From the NCBI GenBank assembly GCA_942493375.1, contig OW818698.1, positions 1,190,309-1,254,308 on the forward strand: DNA of 64,000 nt. Direction: 5' to 3'. This DNA is from Abditibacteriota bacterium. GTDB lineage: Bacteria > Armatimonadota > UBA5829. Both the position numbers and the translations under genes were made by a program. Under the pieces are notes generated by a model. It was not told the DNA's origin. It saw nothing but the letters and a program-made list of their open reading frames with translations, and did no database searches. This document shows positions 47,572 to 56,591 of this stretch, in pieces (positions within the stretch are counted from its first letter, which is position 1; every line of letters starts with the position of its first letter).

Positions 47572-48132
47572 ATGATATTACATACAAAACTAACCATTCC
47601 AGAATGCATAGACCGTTTGACGCAGCCATTCCTTTCAGATCCTGATACGGCTGATACAGCAAATATAATCAAACGACCATCTCTGCCTCAAACAGGTGAG
47701 TATTACACGAGATCGTTGGAAATATACGGGTGGGCGATATATATTACATCCAGTGGACACGATTTCAAGATTGAGATGCGAGGATGCAGCAGTCCAGAAA
47801 TATGTGGCAAAGTCAAGGATTCCCGGGTTTCAGATTCCGTAAGTTGTTCAATGAAAGAAAATAGGTCAGGTGGCACTGACATAGATTGCAAAAAAATAGG
47901 ATCGCTCTTAACACACATTATAATCGGGGCATGGGCTTTTTCATTGCTCTTGCTGTCCTATTATTCTCCAGGACTACTTCATATGTCTTATGATATGGAG
48001 ACATTAATACATTGGCTCATCGCTCCGTTCTTTGTAGTAAGCATAGTTTCTGCCTATAAAGCAGTGCGTATATTCCGGAGCGAGAAACTTATCGACTTTG
48101 CCGCTGATCTTCTGGATGCAAGGGAAATATAA
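47572..48132 (+). CDS. tandem paralog 3 (near-identical to paralog 1)
   Basis: ATG at 47572. The last 312 nt of the unit (47875-48186, including 54 nt past the stop) are identical to 46559-46870. Confidence 0.7.
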   Translation: MILHTKLTIPECIDRLTQPFLSDPDTADTANIIKRPSLPQTGEYYTRSLEIYGWAIYITSSGHDFKIEMRGCSSPEICGKVKDSRVSDSVSCSMKENRSGGTDIDCKKIGSLLTHIIIGAWAFSLLLLSYYSPGLLHMSYDMETLIHWLIAPFFVVSIVSAYKAVRIFRSEKLIDFAADLLDAREI

Positions 48133-48242
48133 AACCTCCGGGCTGACCTCTGAATACTTTCAGAGTTGTGTCATACTGCAGGAATTAGACTTATATTAGT
48201 TTAATATGCAGTAATAGTTAACTCTATCAGAGCATTTTGAAT

Positions 48243-48277
48243 TTCATAATTCATAACTCATAATTCATACTTACTAA
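48243..48277. repeat. tandem heptamer array (TTCATAA, about 5 units)
   Basis: TTCATAA TTCATAA CTCATAA TTCATAC TTACTAA, ending 10 nt before the GTG start of the permease gene and overlapping the RBS region. Confidence 0.8.
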
Positions 48278-48286
48278 GAGGTAACC

Positions 48287-49327
48287 GTGAAACTGAACAG
48301 GCAGACAAATTCGGAAGCAGTAGATCAGCATCCGGGGTGGACTCGGTTTAAGTATACGCTGGGGAATTCGCGCGGGCTTATTGCGCTAATGGCGGTTTTT
48401 CTTTTGGGGGTGATTTTTACTCCTAAGAATGCCGAGGGGTATCCGATATTCCTGACTATGCGGCTGCAGATCGATGTGTTGTTTGAGTATGCGGAGTATG
48501 GGATACTTGCTACCGGGATGACGCTGGTTATACTCTGCGGAGGTATCGATCTTTCGGTTGGGTCGGTGTTGGGGTTTGCTGCTACGCTGTTCTCTCTGCT
48601 GGTGATAGCAGATGGATGGAACCCCCTGGCTGCGTTTGGGGTGACTATACTTGCCGGGGCAGTTGTTGGATATGTAAATGGCTGGCTGACATCGCGGTTC
48701 CGGATTCAACCGTTTATTGCCACACTGGCGATGATGGTTGCTATGCGGGGTGCGGCTAAATGGATTTCCGGGGGGATAAAGATCCAGCCTGGAGCAAAAG
48801 AATGGTATGCTATGCAGAGTGGGACTCCGGATTTTTATAACTGGATGACTACCAAACTCCCTTATATAGGACTGCAGCCTGCTACTATATTCTTTCTTGT
48901 ATGTATAATGGTGATGATTGTCATTGTCGGCAAGACCAAGTTCGGCAGGTACTTATATGCAACCGGTGGAAATGAAGAGGCAACCAGGCTCTCCGGGGTC
49001 AACGTCAACCAGATCAAGATTATGGCATATGCGATCTGCGGAGCGCTGGCTGCATTGGGCGGGATATCGAACGCTGCCAGGCTGGAGATCGGTGACCCGG
49101 AAGCAGGGGCGACCTACGAACTCGATGCCATAGCAGCAGTTGTAATAGGTGGAACCAGCCTGCTTGGCGGGCGTGGAGGTATGTTTTTAACACTGATCGG
49201 GGTATTGATTATTGGATATATCAATAAGATACTCAGTATAAACAACGTTGATGAGTCCTTCCGCCTGCTGGCGAAAGGTGTTATCATCATCGCTGCGGTA
49301 CTCATCCAGCAGCGAAAACGCGATTAA
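48287..49327 (+). CDS. sugar ABC transporter permease (CUT2, RbsC-like)
   Basis: GTG start with an AAGAGG RBS. It has a multi-TM profile and the GGIDLSVGS motif typical of BPD_transp_2. Confidence 0.9.
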   Translation: MKLNRQTNSEAVDQHPGWTRFKYTLGNSRGLIALMAVFLLGVIFTPKNAEGYPIFLTMRLQIDVLFEYAEYGILATGMTLVILCGGIDLSVGSVLGFAATLFSLLVIADGWNPLAAFGVTILAGAVVGYVNGWLTSRFRIQPFIATLAMMVAMRGAAKWISGGIKIQPGAKEWYAMQSGTPDFYNWMTTKLPYIGLQPATIFFLVCIMVMIVIVGKTKFGRYLYATGGNEEATRLSGVNVNQIKIMAYAICGALAALGGISNAARLEIGDPEAGATYELDAIAAVVIGGTSLLGGRGGMFLTLIGVLIIGYINKILSINNVDESFRLLAKGVIIIAAVLIQQRKRD

Positions 49328-49336
49328 ATTCGTAAT

Positions 49337-49488
49337 TATCACGCAAAGCCGCAAAGGCGCTAAGAAGGGATAGATAGTCTGACTTTTCTTCACTTTGTGG
49401 ATTACCAGGAGATAAACAAAAACATTTTGTTATATAGGCGTAGCGCTTTCAATTTCCCTTCTTTGCGCCTTTGCGGCTTTGCGCGAGA
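49337..49488. repeat. family-B element: 34-bp terminal inverted repeats around an 84-bp core
   Basis: Left arm TATCACGCAAAGCCGCAAAGGCGCTAAGAAGGGA, right arm TCCCTTCTTTGCGCCTTTGCGGCTTTGCGCGAGA. It sits between the permease and binding-protein cistrons. Confidence 0.85.
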
Positions 49489-49570
49489 TTAAATAACTTG
49501 AAAACCTAAGTAGACCTTTGAGTTCTGTTTATATAGGTTAGAAATGATAATATACACGAGGAGGCAAACG

Positions 49571-50560
49571 ATGTTAAAGCACAGTAAGTTAGTATTTGCA
49601 ATGCTCTTGTTAGTTTCTCTGATAGTCGTTGCGGGCTGCAGCAAGCCTGAGGAGTCGACCAATACGTCGACTTCTACAACCGGTAAAGCGGCTCCGGCAA
49701 AGACATGGCTGATTGGTATGTCTCAGTGTAACCTGGGAGAGCCCTGGCGTGTTCAGATGAACGCTGACATCAAAGCAGCGGCTGAGAAGCATCCTGAACT
49801 GGAAGTGATCTATAAGGATGCTCAGAACAATTCCACTACCCAGCAGGACCAGGTCAGGGAGTTCATTGCCCAGGGAGTCAAACTCATCATTATCAGCCCT
49901 AAGGAATCCAGACCGCTTGTGAAACCAGTCGCTGAAGCTATGGATGCAGGTATACCTGTCATTGTTTTGGACAGAAGAGTTGAGGGTGATAAGTTCACCT
50001 GCTTCATCGGCGGAGACAATGTGCTGATCGGCCGTGAAGCCGGCAAAGAGATGGTCAAACTGCTCGGAGGCAAGGGCAACATAATTGAACTTAGAGGCCT
50101 TGCAACAACCAGCGGAGCCATCGAACGCCATCAGGGTTTCATGGAAGGAATCAAGGGTTCCAAAATCAAGATCATATTCGATCCGGACTGCAAGTGGCTG
50201 GAACCAAACGCACAGCGCGAGATGCAGTCCGCCCTCGCCCGGTTCCCCCAGATCGATGCAGTATTCGGGATGAACGACCCGAGCGCCCACGGCGCATACC
50301 TTGCAGCCAAGCAAGAGGGCAAAGGCCGCGAGAAGACCATCAAGTTCATCGGCATAGACGGCATCCCAACAGAAGGCGTCCGCTATGTTAAGGAAGGCAT
50401 TCTGAACGCTACGTTCCTGTATCCAACTGGTGGAGAGGATGCTATAAACACAGCAATCAAGATCCTCAACGGCGAAAAAGTGCCGAAAGACGTAAGCATG
50501 GGCACCAAGATATATACCAAGGAAAATGTAGAAAGCGGCGGCGTGGCAATTGAGCATTAA
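49571..50560 (+). CDS. sugar-binding periplasmic lipoprotein (RbsB-like)
   Basis: GAGGAGG RBS 6 nt before the ATG at 49571. Lipobox VVAGCS. Peripla_BP_4-like sequence (IGMSQCNLGEPWRV..). Confidence 0.9.
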   Translation: MLKHSKLVFAMLLLVSLIVVAGCSKPEESTNTSTSTTGKAAPAKTWLIGMSQCNLGEPWRVQMNADIKAAAEKHPELEVIYKDAQNNSTTQQDQVREFIAQGVKLIIISPKESRPLVKPVAEAMDAGIPVIVLDRRVEGDKFTCFIGGDNVLIGREAGKEMVKLLGGKGNIIELRGLATTSGAIERHQGFMEGIKGSKIKIIFDPDCKWLEPNAQREMQSALARFPQIDAVFGMNDPSAHGAYLAAKQEGKGREKTIKFIGIDGIPTEGVRYVKEGILNATFLYPTGGEDAINTAIKILNGEKVPKDVSMGTKIYTKENVESGGVAIEH

Positions 50561-50566
50561 AGCATA

Positions 50567-50657
50567 ATTGTCATCCTGTAAAATTGTCATCCTGAGGAAC
50601 GAAGGATCTGCTTTTCGGTAAGATTAAAAGCAGATCCTTCGTTCCTCAGGATGACAA
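50567..50657. repeat. family-A palindromic element with duplicated terminus
   Basis: TTGTCATCCTGAGGAACGAAGGATCTGCTTTT-loop-AAAAGCAGATCCTTCGTTCCTCAGGATGACAA (50584-50657). It is preceded by a direct 12-nt copy of its own end (ATTGTCATCCTG, 50567-50578). Confidence 0.9.
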
Positions 50658-50716
50658 GGTGCTTGTTAATCCTGTCCAAATTGACCCTGATTGCCCACTA
50701 TAAGCCGGAGTAGAAA

Positions 50717-52237
50717 ATGACTGATGCTACAATCCAAAATCCAGTGCTGGAGATGAAGGGTATTACTAAGACATATCCTGGCGTACGGGCGTTGGATGGG
50801 GTGGATTTGGTTGTACAGAAGGGTGAGGTGCATGCGCTGCTTGGGGAGAACGGCGCGGGAAAATCTACCCTGGTGAAGATCCTGGCTGGCGCTCAGCCTA
50901 TGAACAGCGGTGAGATTCTTCTCAATGGCCGTCCGGTTGATATCACTTCTCCTCAAAAAGCTATGGAACTCGGTATCAGTATTATCTATCAGGAGCTGAT
51001 ACTGGTCCCCTATATGACAGTGGCAGAGAATGTGTTTCTGGGCAGGGAACCGACTGCGCTGCTCCCGGGATTTGTAAACTACGCTAAAATGTGCGAGGAC
51101 GCACAGAATATCATTGATGGCCTGGGTGTCTCGATAGATGCCAAGGCCGTTATCAGCACTCTTTCAATTGCCCAACAGCAGATAGTTGAGATTGCGAAAG
51201 CCCTGTCAGAGAAATCCCCTATTATTGTAATGGACGAACCCACAGCTACTCTGACCAGTAGTGAGATAGATAAGTTGTTTGAACTGATAAGGATGCTCAA
51301 GGCGACCGGGGTCAGCATTATCTATATTTCCCACCGGATGGAGGAGATATTTGAGATTGCGGACAGAGTGACTGTGCTGCGCGATGGGCAGTTGGTCGGC
51401 ACACACGATATCGGAGAACTCGATCAGCAGAAGATCATTCAGATGATGGTCGGACGCGATCTGGAGGTAGCCGTTGCAAGAGAACCGGTCGAGAATGGCA
51501 AGGTTGTGCTTGAGGTAAAGAACCTGTCCACTGAGTTCGTCAGGGATGTCTCTTTTAAGGTGAAAAGCGGAGAAGTGCTGGGGATATCCGGGCTAGTAGG
51601 AGCCGGACGGACTGAAATTGCACGGGCCATTTTTGGTGTAGGTAAAATCGACCGGGGTGAGATTTTCATAGATGGTAAGAAAACAGCATTTAAGAGACCG
51701 AGCGACGCTATCCGGGAAGGGATCGGGTTTGTAACAGAGGACCGAAAGTCACTGGGACTGGTGCTTTCAATGACTGTCAGGGACAATATCACTCTTTCCA
51801 ACATAGATGCCGTGGTCAGTGCGGGGTTTGTTCAACAAAAGGCTGAAAAGCAGGTTGCACAGCAGTATGTCGATGACCTGGCGATTAAGACCCCGGGAAT
51901 AGAACAGCTTGTGCAGTATCTGAGCGGCGGTAACCAGCAGAAAGTAGTCCTGGCTAAGTGGCTTTTTAGAAATCCCAAAGTAATGATCTTCGATGAACCA
52001 ACAAGAGGCATCGATGTTGCTGCAAAAGCTGAGATATATAATCTCATTAACGCGCTGGCTGCGAAAGGCACAGCGATCATAATGATCTCCTCTGAACTGG
52101 CGGAAATTCTGGCAATGAGCGACCGTATTCTCGTTATGCACGAAGGCAGAATGACCGGCGAACTGATGAGAGAAGAAGCTACCCAGGAAAAGATAATGCA
52201 CCTGGCGATGAGCACTACTTTGGCATCCTCTGCTTGA
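50717..52237 (+). CDS. sugar ABC transporter ATP-binding protein (two ABC domains, RbsA/MglA-like)
   Basis: Walker A GENGAGKST, signatures LSIAQQQ and LSGGNQQK, and a duplicated ABC cassette. Confidence 0.95.
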   Translation: MTDATIQNPVLEMKGITKTYPGVRALDGVDLVVQKGEVHALLGENGAGKSTLVKILAGAQPMNSGEILLNGRPVDITSPQKAMELGISIIYQELILVPYMTVAENVFLGREPTALLPGFVNYAKMCEDAQNIIDGLGVSIDAKAVISTLSIAQQQIVEIAKALSEKSPIIVMDEPTATLTSSEIDKLFELIRMLKATGVSIIYISHRMEEIFEIADRVTVLRDGQLVGTHDIGELDQQKIIQMMVGRDLEVAVAREPVENGKVVLEVKNLSTEFVRDVSFKVKSGEVLGISGLVGAGRTEIARAIFGVGKIDRGEIFIDGKKTAFKRPSDAIREGIGFVTEDRKSLGLVLSMTVRDNITLSNIDAVVSAGFVQQKAEKQVAQQYVDDLAIKTPGIEQLVQYLSGGNQQKVVLAKWLFRNPKVMIFDEPTRGIDVAAKAEIYNLINALAAKGTAIIMISSELAEILAMSDRILVMHEGRMTGELMREEATQEKIMHLAMSTTLASSA

Positions 52238-52249
52238 TTTAAAATGCAT

Positions 52250-52286
52250 TATCACGCGGAGACGCGGAGGACGCAGAGAAGATAAG
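52250..52286. repeat. solitary word-repeat related to the family-B arm
   Basis: TATCACGCGGAGACGCGGAGGACGCAGAGAAGATAAG. It has the same ATCACGC start and 8-9-nt internal periodicity as the family-B arms. No inverted partner was seen. Confidence 0.5.
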
Positions 52287-52303
52287 AAAGACAGGTCAAT
52301 GTA

Positions 52304-54142
52304 TTGATATACCAAAGAACATACTTAAAACGCCTTGTAATAACATTCATTACGGGTGCCGTTATAATCTCAGGAGTTCAGTCATATGCAGGCTCCTCGA
52401 AGACTGTCAGAGTGTTTGATGTTGCTAAACATGGGGCTGTGGGTGACGGGAAGACAGATTCCGGACCGGGTATTCGCAGGGCTATTGCTGATGCAATCGA
52501 ATGCGGGGTTCCTGCTGAGGTGCGTTTGGGACCGGGGAAGTATCGTGTAGGTGGGGATCCTGAAAAGAAAGCTGCTCTGGTTATATTTGGAGCAAAGGAT
52601 CTTGTGTTACGTGGAGCAGGTACGAAGACCGAATTAATTATTACTAACCCGGAGGTGGGTGGAATATCTGTATCGGACAGCGAGAATGTCACGGTCAAAG
52701 ACTTAGCTCTGGACTATGATCCGGTTCCATTTACTCAAGGTAGAGTTATCGCAACAGATAAAGCAAACAGCACATTTGATTTCAAACTAGACAATGGATT
52801 TCCCCTCCTCAGTGAGGAGTGGTTTATGAGAGCTGCTGCCAGGTGGGGACTGATAATTGATCCTCAGAAACCTATTCTCAAACCCGGAGCTCCGGATTTT
52901 GTTTATCTTGACAGTTGGTCAAAGCTGGATGACAGCACCTGGCAGGTGAAGCTGGCGGAGAGTGACCTCGGTAAGATCAGGGCATTCGCAGTTGGTGACA
53001 GGTTTGTGCAGATAGCAAGGTCTGTTGCTTTGCACGGTGTTGTATTCTGGAACAACAAGAATGTAACACTCCAAAACGTGACTGTTTATGCATCACTGGC
53101 TGCTGCCAGTGTGTTTGGGCTGAATGATGGTTTTGCTGTGAAGGGACTCTCTGTTCGAATACGTCCTAAATCCTCACGGTTGCTCTCAACTAATGCAGAT
53201 GGCATCCATTGTCCCATGAACCGGTCGGGAGTCCTGATCGAAAAGTGCTTCTTTGAAGGCATGGCAGATGATGCAATTAACCTCTATACCCCTCCAGCAC
53301 TGGTCAAGAAGGTATTATCCCCAAATGAATTGCTGGTCAGTAATGGATCCAACATACAAAAAGGAGATGATCTCCAGGTGTATAACCCCAGAAACGGAAG
53401 AGTCCTTGGAACAGTAAAGGCTGTAGAAACCAGTCCATCAGAGGGCAATACATTGTTAAGATTTAGTAGCGCAGTGGATGGCATAACAGCCGGCACAGAT
53501 CATCGAGATTCGGACTCGGTATATGATTTGTCCTCATGTGGGCAGGAGTATATCATCCAGAAAAACCGCTTCGGAAAACACCGGGGCAGGCAGATATTGC
53601 TCAGAGCAGGTAAGGGTGTTATTCGAAACAACATACTGGAAGCATCAGGGTCCTGCGGTATTGCAATATACAACGAACCAGACTATCCCGAAGGTCCGGT
53701 CCCAAGCGATATATTAATAACCGGCAATAAATTCACCGGCAACCTGAGCTATCCAAACGGCGCTGCTATGCAAATAACTCCGATGAGTCTGGGATATAAG
53801 CTGGCTGAGGGACGCGGGATTCACAATATCGAAGTGAAAAACAACACATTTACAAATGTCGGGATTATATACATTGCCGGGGTATCCGGAATCAAGTTTA
53901 CCAAAAACACAATCCAGGCTGATGCAAGTGACAAGCACAAGATCGGTTCCGGACTGATTACATTTGAAGACTGCAACGGGATTGTTATTAATGACTTAAC
54001 TGTTGCAGACTGCAGACCTGGAGCAAAACCTGCGGTTGAAGTGAGAGCAATGGTCGATCCGGGGAGCAATGGATTCTCTATTCGTAATCTGAAAACTGAA
54101 GGAACTGGAGTGCTGGATAAGCGGGTTGCAGATAAACACTAA
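52304..54142 (+). CDS. secreted right-handed beta-helix protein (pectate-lyase-superfamily / GH28- or GH55-like)
   Basis: TTG start and a signal peptide. The N-terminal FDVAKHGAVGDGKTDSGPGIRRAI motif is of the Pectate_lyase_3 type, followed by repetitive beta-helix coils. Confidence 0.75.
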   Translation: MIYQRTYLKRLVITFITGAVIISGVQSYAGSSKTVRVFDVAKHGAVGDGKTDSGPGIRRAIADAIECGVPAEVRLGPGKYRVGGDPEKKAALVIFGAKDLVLRGAGTKTELIITNPEVGGISVSDSENVTVKDLALDYDPVPFTQGRVIATDKANSTFDFKLDNGFPLLSEEWFMRAAARWGLIIDPQKPILKPGAPDFVYLDSWSKLDDSTWQVKLAESDLGKIRAFAVGDRFVQIARSVALHGVVFWNNKNVTLQNVTVYASLAAASVFGLNDGFAVKGLSVRIRPKSSRLLSTNADGIHCPMNRSGVLIEKCFFEGMADDAINLYTPPALVKKVLSPNELLVSNGSNIQKGDDLQVYNPRNGRVLGTVKAVETSPSEGNTLLRFSSAVDGITAGTDHRDSDSVYDLSSCGQEYIIQKNRFGKHRGRQILLRAGKGVIRNNILEASGSCGIAIYNEPDYPEGPVPSDILITGNKFTGNLSYPNGAAMQITPMSLGYKLAEGRGIHNIEVKNNTFTNVGIIYIAGVSGIKFTKNTIQADASDKHKIGSGLITFEDCNGIVINDLTVADCRPGAKPAVEVRAMVDPGSNGFSIRNLKTEGTGVLDKRVADKH

Positions 54143-54216
54143 CCCGCATTATTCATGATTAACTCAGCTTTTGTCCCTACTGCCGGACAAAAGCGAAGCT
54201 TGGTGAATAAAGCGGG
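54143..54216 (+). repeat. 74-nt nested-hairpin element, copy 2
   Basis: It starts at the first base after the TAA stop. See 343-416. Confidence 0.75.
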
Positions 54217-54239
54217 CTGAGATTATTGGTGCTTCGTAG

Positions 54240-54338
54240 ATAGCTCGTGCATCGGCAGCGGCGCTGCGGGAATAATAGTTCGTTGAACGACAATACTTTG
54301 TACGTCCCTTCGCTCTGCTACCGATGCATAGTGCTATA
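54240..54338. repeat. long imperfect inverted repeat
   Basis: ATAGCTCGTGCATCGGCAGCGGCGCTGCGGGA .. TCCCTTCGCTCTGCTACCGATGCATAGTGCTAT, with a small inner hairpin (TCGTT-G-AACGA). Confidence 0.6.
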
Positions 54339-54436
54339 TAGTTATGCGATTAGATCCTCACCTGAGATCAGAAGGGCATTATAGTGGGCTATGAGTAATA
54401 CTATATCAGGGATATTGCCAATATCATCTAGATAGA

Positions 54437-54501
54437 ATGACAAGTATAGTAATGATTAGCATACTTGTCATTACTATAACTATCATTACTATACTTGTCA
54501 T
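54437..54501. repeat. perfect 20-bp inverted repeat with a partial third copy in the spacer
   Basis: ATGACAAGTATAGTAATGAT (54437-54456) and ATCATTACTATACTTGTCAT (54482-54501). The spacer contains ATACTTGTCATTACTATA. Confidence 0.8.
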
Positions 54502-54658
54502 GAGCATACAAGCCTCCGTAACCAGAAAGGAAGGATTGTATTGCCGGCATGTTGTATAAGAATACAACACTAGCTTCACATCCCCCCTACCCTCTTCAAA
54601 GGGGGAATCAGGTATTACCGTTTTTGATTGATTAGATTGCTATGAATAAGGAAGTGTA

Positions 54659-56482
54659 ATGAATATTAGAGCATTGCTTATCTGTCTTTTCTTGTGTTTC
54701 TGTACCAGTGTGGTATGTGGTCAGGATAGAACTGGAGCTAAGTCTGACGGTTCGTCTATTCCTGCTCTGGTAAAATATCCAAAGTTGAATGACTTCTTCC
54801 CCTATGGGTTCTGGTATGCGGATGGGTGTTATACCGGGGATTATTGCCGGAATATGCCGGAAGACTATCAGGCACGGTATGAGAAGATTATGCATGACCT
54901 TGCCAGGCATCAGGTCAATACAATTATCCCATCCAACAGGGTGGTGTATCCGGACTATCTGAATACTATGCAGAAATATGGGCAGCGGAGTGTAAGTGCT
55001 CAGAATTTTCTCAACAATAATCTAGTCAACGGACGAACAAACCTTACTGATGACAAATTAATGCTGGTTACGGAACAATGGGCCGGGCAGCTTTCAGTTA
55101 ACAAGAATCATCCAGCGCTGTTGGCCTGGCATATGATCGATGAACCCCACCCGGACATTGCACCTACAATCATCAAGCTAAAAGATTTCATAGAAGCAAA
55201 TGAACCTACACATCCGGTCATTTATACTCACCAGGACCTACCGATAAGCTTCAACCAGTCCGAAGTGGACCTGATGAGAACTATGGATGTGGTTTTGTCT
55301 GACTGCTACTCTCTGAATGAAGATTTTGGATTTGATCCCTGGCTCTACGGAGATGTGGCGATGTCAGAGTTCCGGCGGTTAACCCCAAAGGCTCTGTATT
55401 GGCCGATTATTCAGTCATTCAATTATGGCAAGATGCCTACCCTTGCTGAGCTCAGAGTGATGATCTATCATACCATCGGCTGCGGCGCCAAAGGGATGTT
55501 CTTCTTCACTACCGAGCAGTCCGGAATTACCTGGGAAGCCCCTGGGTACCTGCCTATGTACAGCGGACCTGGAAATGCATGGTTTTCTGAAGATGAACTG
55601 CTGGGAGAGATCGGCAGAATCGGATATTATCTGACCTCAGCAGGACCTTTGCTGATCCCGTTGGAATATCAGCCTAAATATCCTGCTAAAATCACTGCTC
55701 CGATGTTTACTTCCAAGATAGATGCAAAAAAGATAAAGCTGAGACCGATAACAATGCTGACAAGGTCTACGATTCACATAGGGGCTTTCACCGGTAGAGA
55801 TTATGATGTGCTGGTAATAAGCAATGATGACCCTAATAAAACAAGGCAGGGGTTAGTTTCTATTCCAGCTGTTTCCGGAAAGAAGCAAGTCTACGACCTG
55901 TATGACTTGAAGGAAGTACCGACGCAGATAGTCGACGGACAGGTGCAGTTCAATGTCCGGTTTAAAGATGGTGACGGAAGACTATACTTAGTGGGGAATG
56001 CAGAGACGTTCAAGAATGCCAGCCAGACTGTTCTGAGGCACAGATATGATCGGCAGACACTATTAGTAAGCCTGGATATGGGACTTGCTCAAGCTGGGAA
56101 AATTGATATCCAGTCTGTTCAGAATCTCTTAACTAAGGCTGCTGATTTGGCCGCAAAGAACGAGTATTTCAGAGCCATTAAAGTTGTAAGTCAATCCAAA
56201 CAACAGCTTGTGAAAGTAGAAAAACAGAATCCTGACTACTCTCGAATGAAAACAAGTATAGAAGCAATGCGATCAGGTTTCACTCAGATAGATGATACTT
56301 TCAAAACCCAACCAGCTAAAGAGATACCTGTAGCTATGAAAACAACCATGCTGCAGCTGACCAAACGGTTTGGGGAACTTGAAAACGGATTCCGCACCGG
56401 GAATATGAACCCCACCGAGGCCGATTCACTGGCAGGGGCACTGAAAGAGTTTCGGAAGACTGTGGTGTTTGTGAAGCACTGA
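54659..56482 (+). CDS. secreted glycoside-hydrolase-like protein (clan GH-A-like TIM barrel) with helical C-terminal tail
   Basis: AAGGA RBS and a signal peptide. HPALLAWHMIDEPH resembles the catalytic NEP/DEP strand of clan GH-A enzymes. The C-terminal 150 aa are helical. Confidence 0.7.
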   Translation: MNIRALLICLFLCFCTSVVCGQDRTGAKSDGSSIPALVKYPKLNDFFPYGFWYADGCYTGDYCRNMPEDYQARYEKIMHDLARHQVNTIIPSNRVVYPDYLNTMQKYGQRSVSAQNFLNNNLVNGRTNLTDDKLMLVTEQWAGQLSVNKNHPALLAWHMIDEPHPDIAPTIIKLKDFIEANEPTHPVIYTHQDLPISFNQSEVDLMRTMDVVLSDCYSLNEDFGFDPWLYGDVAMSEFRRLTPKALYWPIIQSFNYGKMPTLAELRVMIYHTIGCGAKGMFFFTTEQSGITWEAPGYLPMYSGPGNAWFSEDELLGEIGRIGYYLTSAGPLLIPLEYQPKYPAKITAPMFTSKIDAKKIKLRPITMLTRSTIHIGAFTGRDYDVLVISNDDPNKTRQGLVSIPAVSGKKQVYDLYDLKEVPTQIVDGQVQFNVRFKDGDGRLYLVGNAETFKNASQTVLRHRYDRQTLLVSLDMGLAQAGKIDIQSVQNLLTKAADLAAKNEYFRAIKVVSQSKQQLVKVEKQNPDYSRMKTSIEAMRSGFTQIDDTFKTQPAKEIPVAMKTTMLQLTKRFGELENGFRTGNMNPTEADSLAGALKEFRKTVVFVKH

Positions 56483-56503
56483 ATTGATTAGTTACCTGTG
56501 ACT

Positions 56504-56572
56504 TGTCATCCTGAGGAACGAAGGATCTGCTTTTTAACCGAAAAAGCAGATCCTTCGTTCCTCAGGATGACA
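56504..56572. repeat. family-A palindromic element
   Basis: TGTCATCCTGAGGAACGAAGGATCTGCTTTTT-loop-AAAAAGCAGATCCTTCGTTCCTCAGGATGACA. Confidence 0.9.
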
Positions 56573-56591
56573 GGAGCCATTAACTCCGCAA

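Noticed and set aside
46256-48186. Diversity-generating retroelement (template/variable repeat) as the explanation for the diversified paralogs
   Set aside because: There is no reverse transcriptase or accessory gene nearby. The differences between copies are not confined to adenine positions and extend over whole domains, including indels.
49610-50590. 326-aa ORF on the - strand
   Set aside because: It is antisense to the well-supported sugar-binding protein gene (lipobox, RBS, family motifs). The shadow ORFs at 36492-37115, 58461-59120, 51767-52315 and 17948-18331 were rejected for the same reason.
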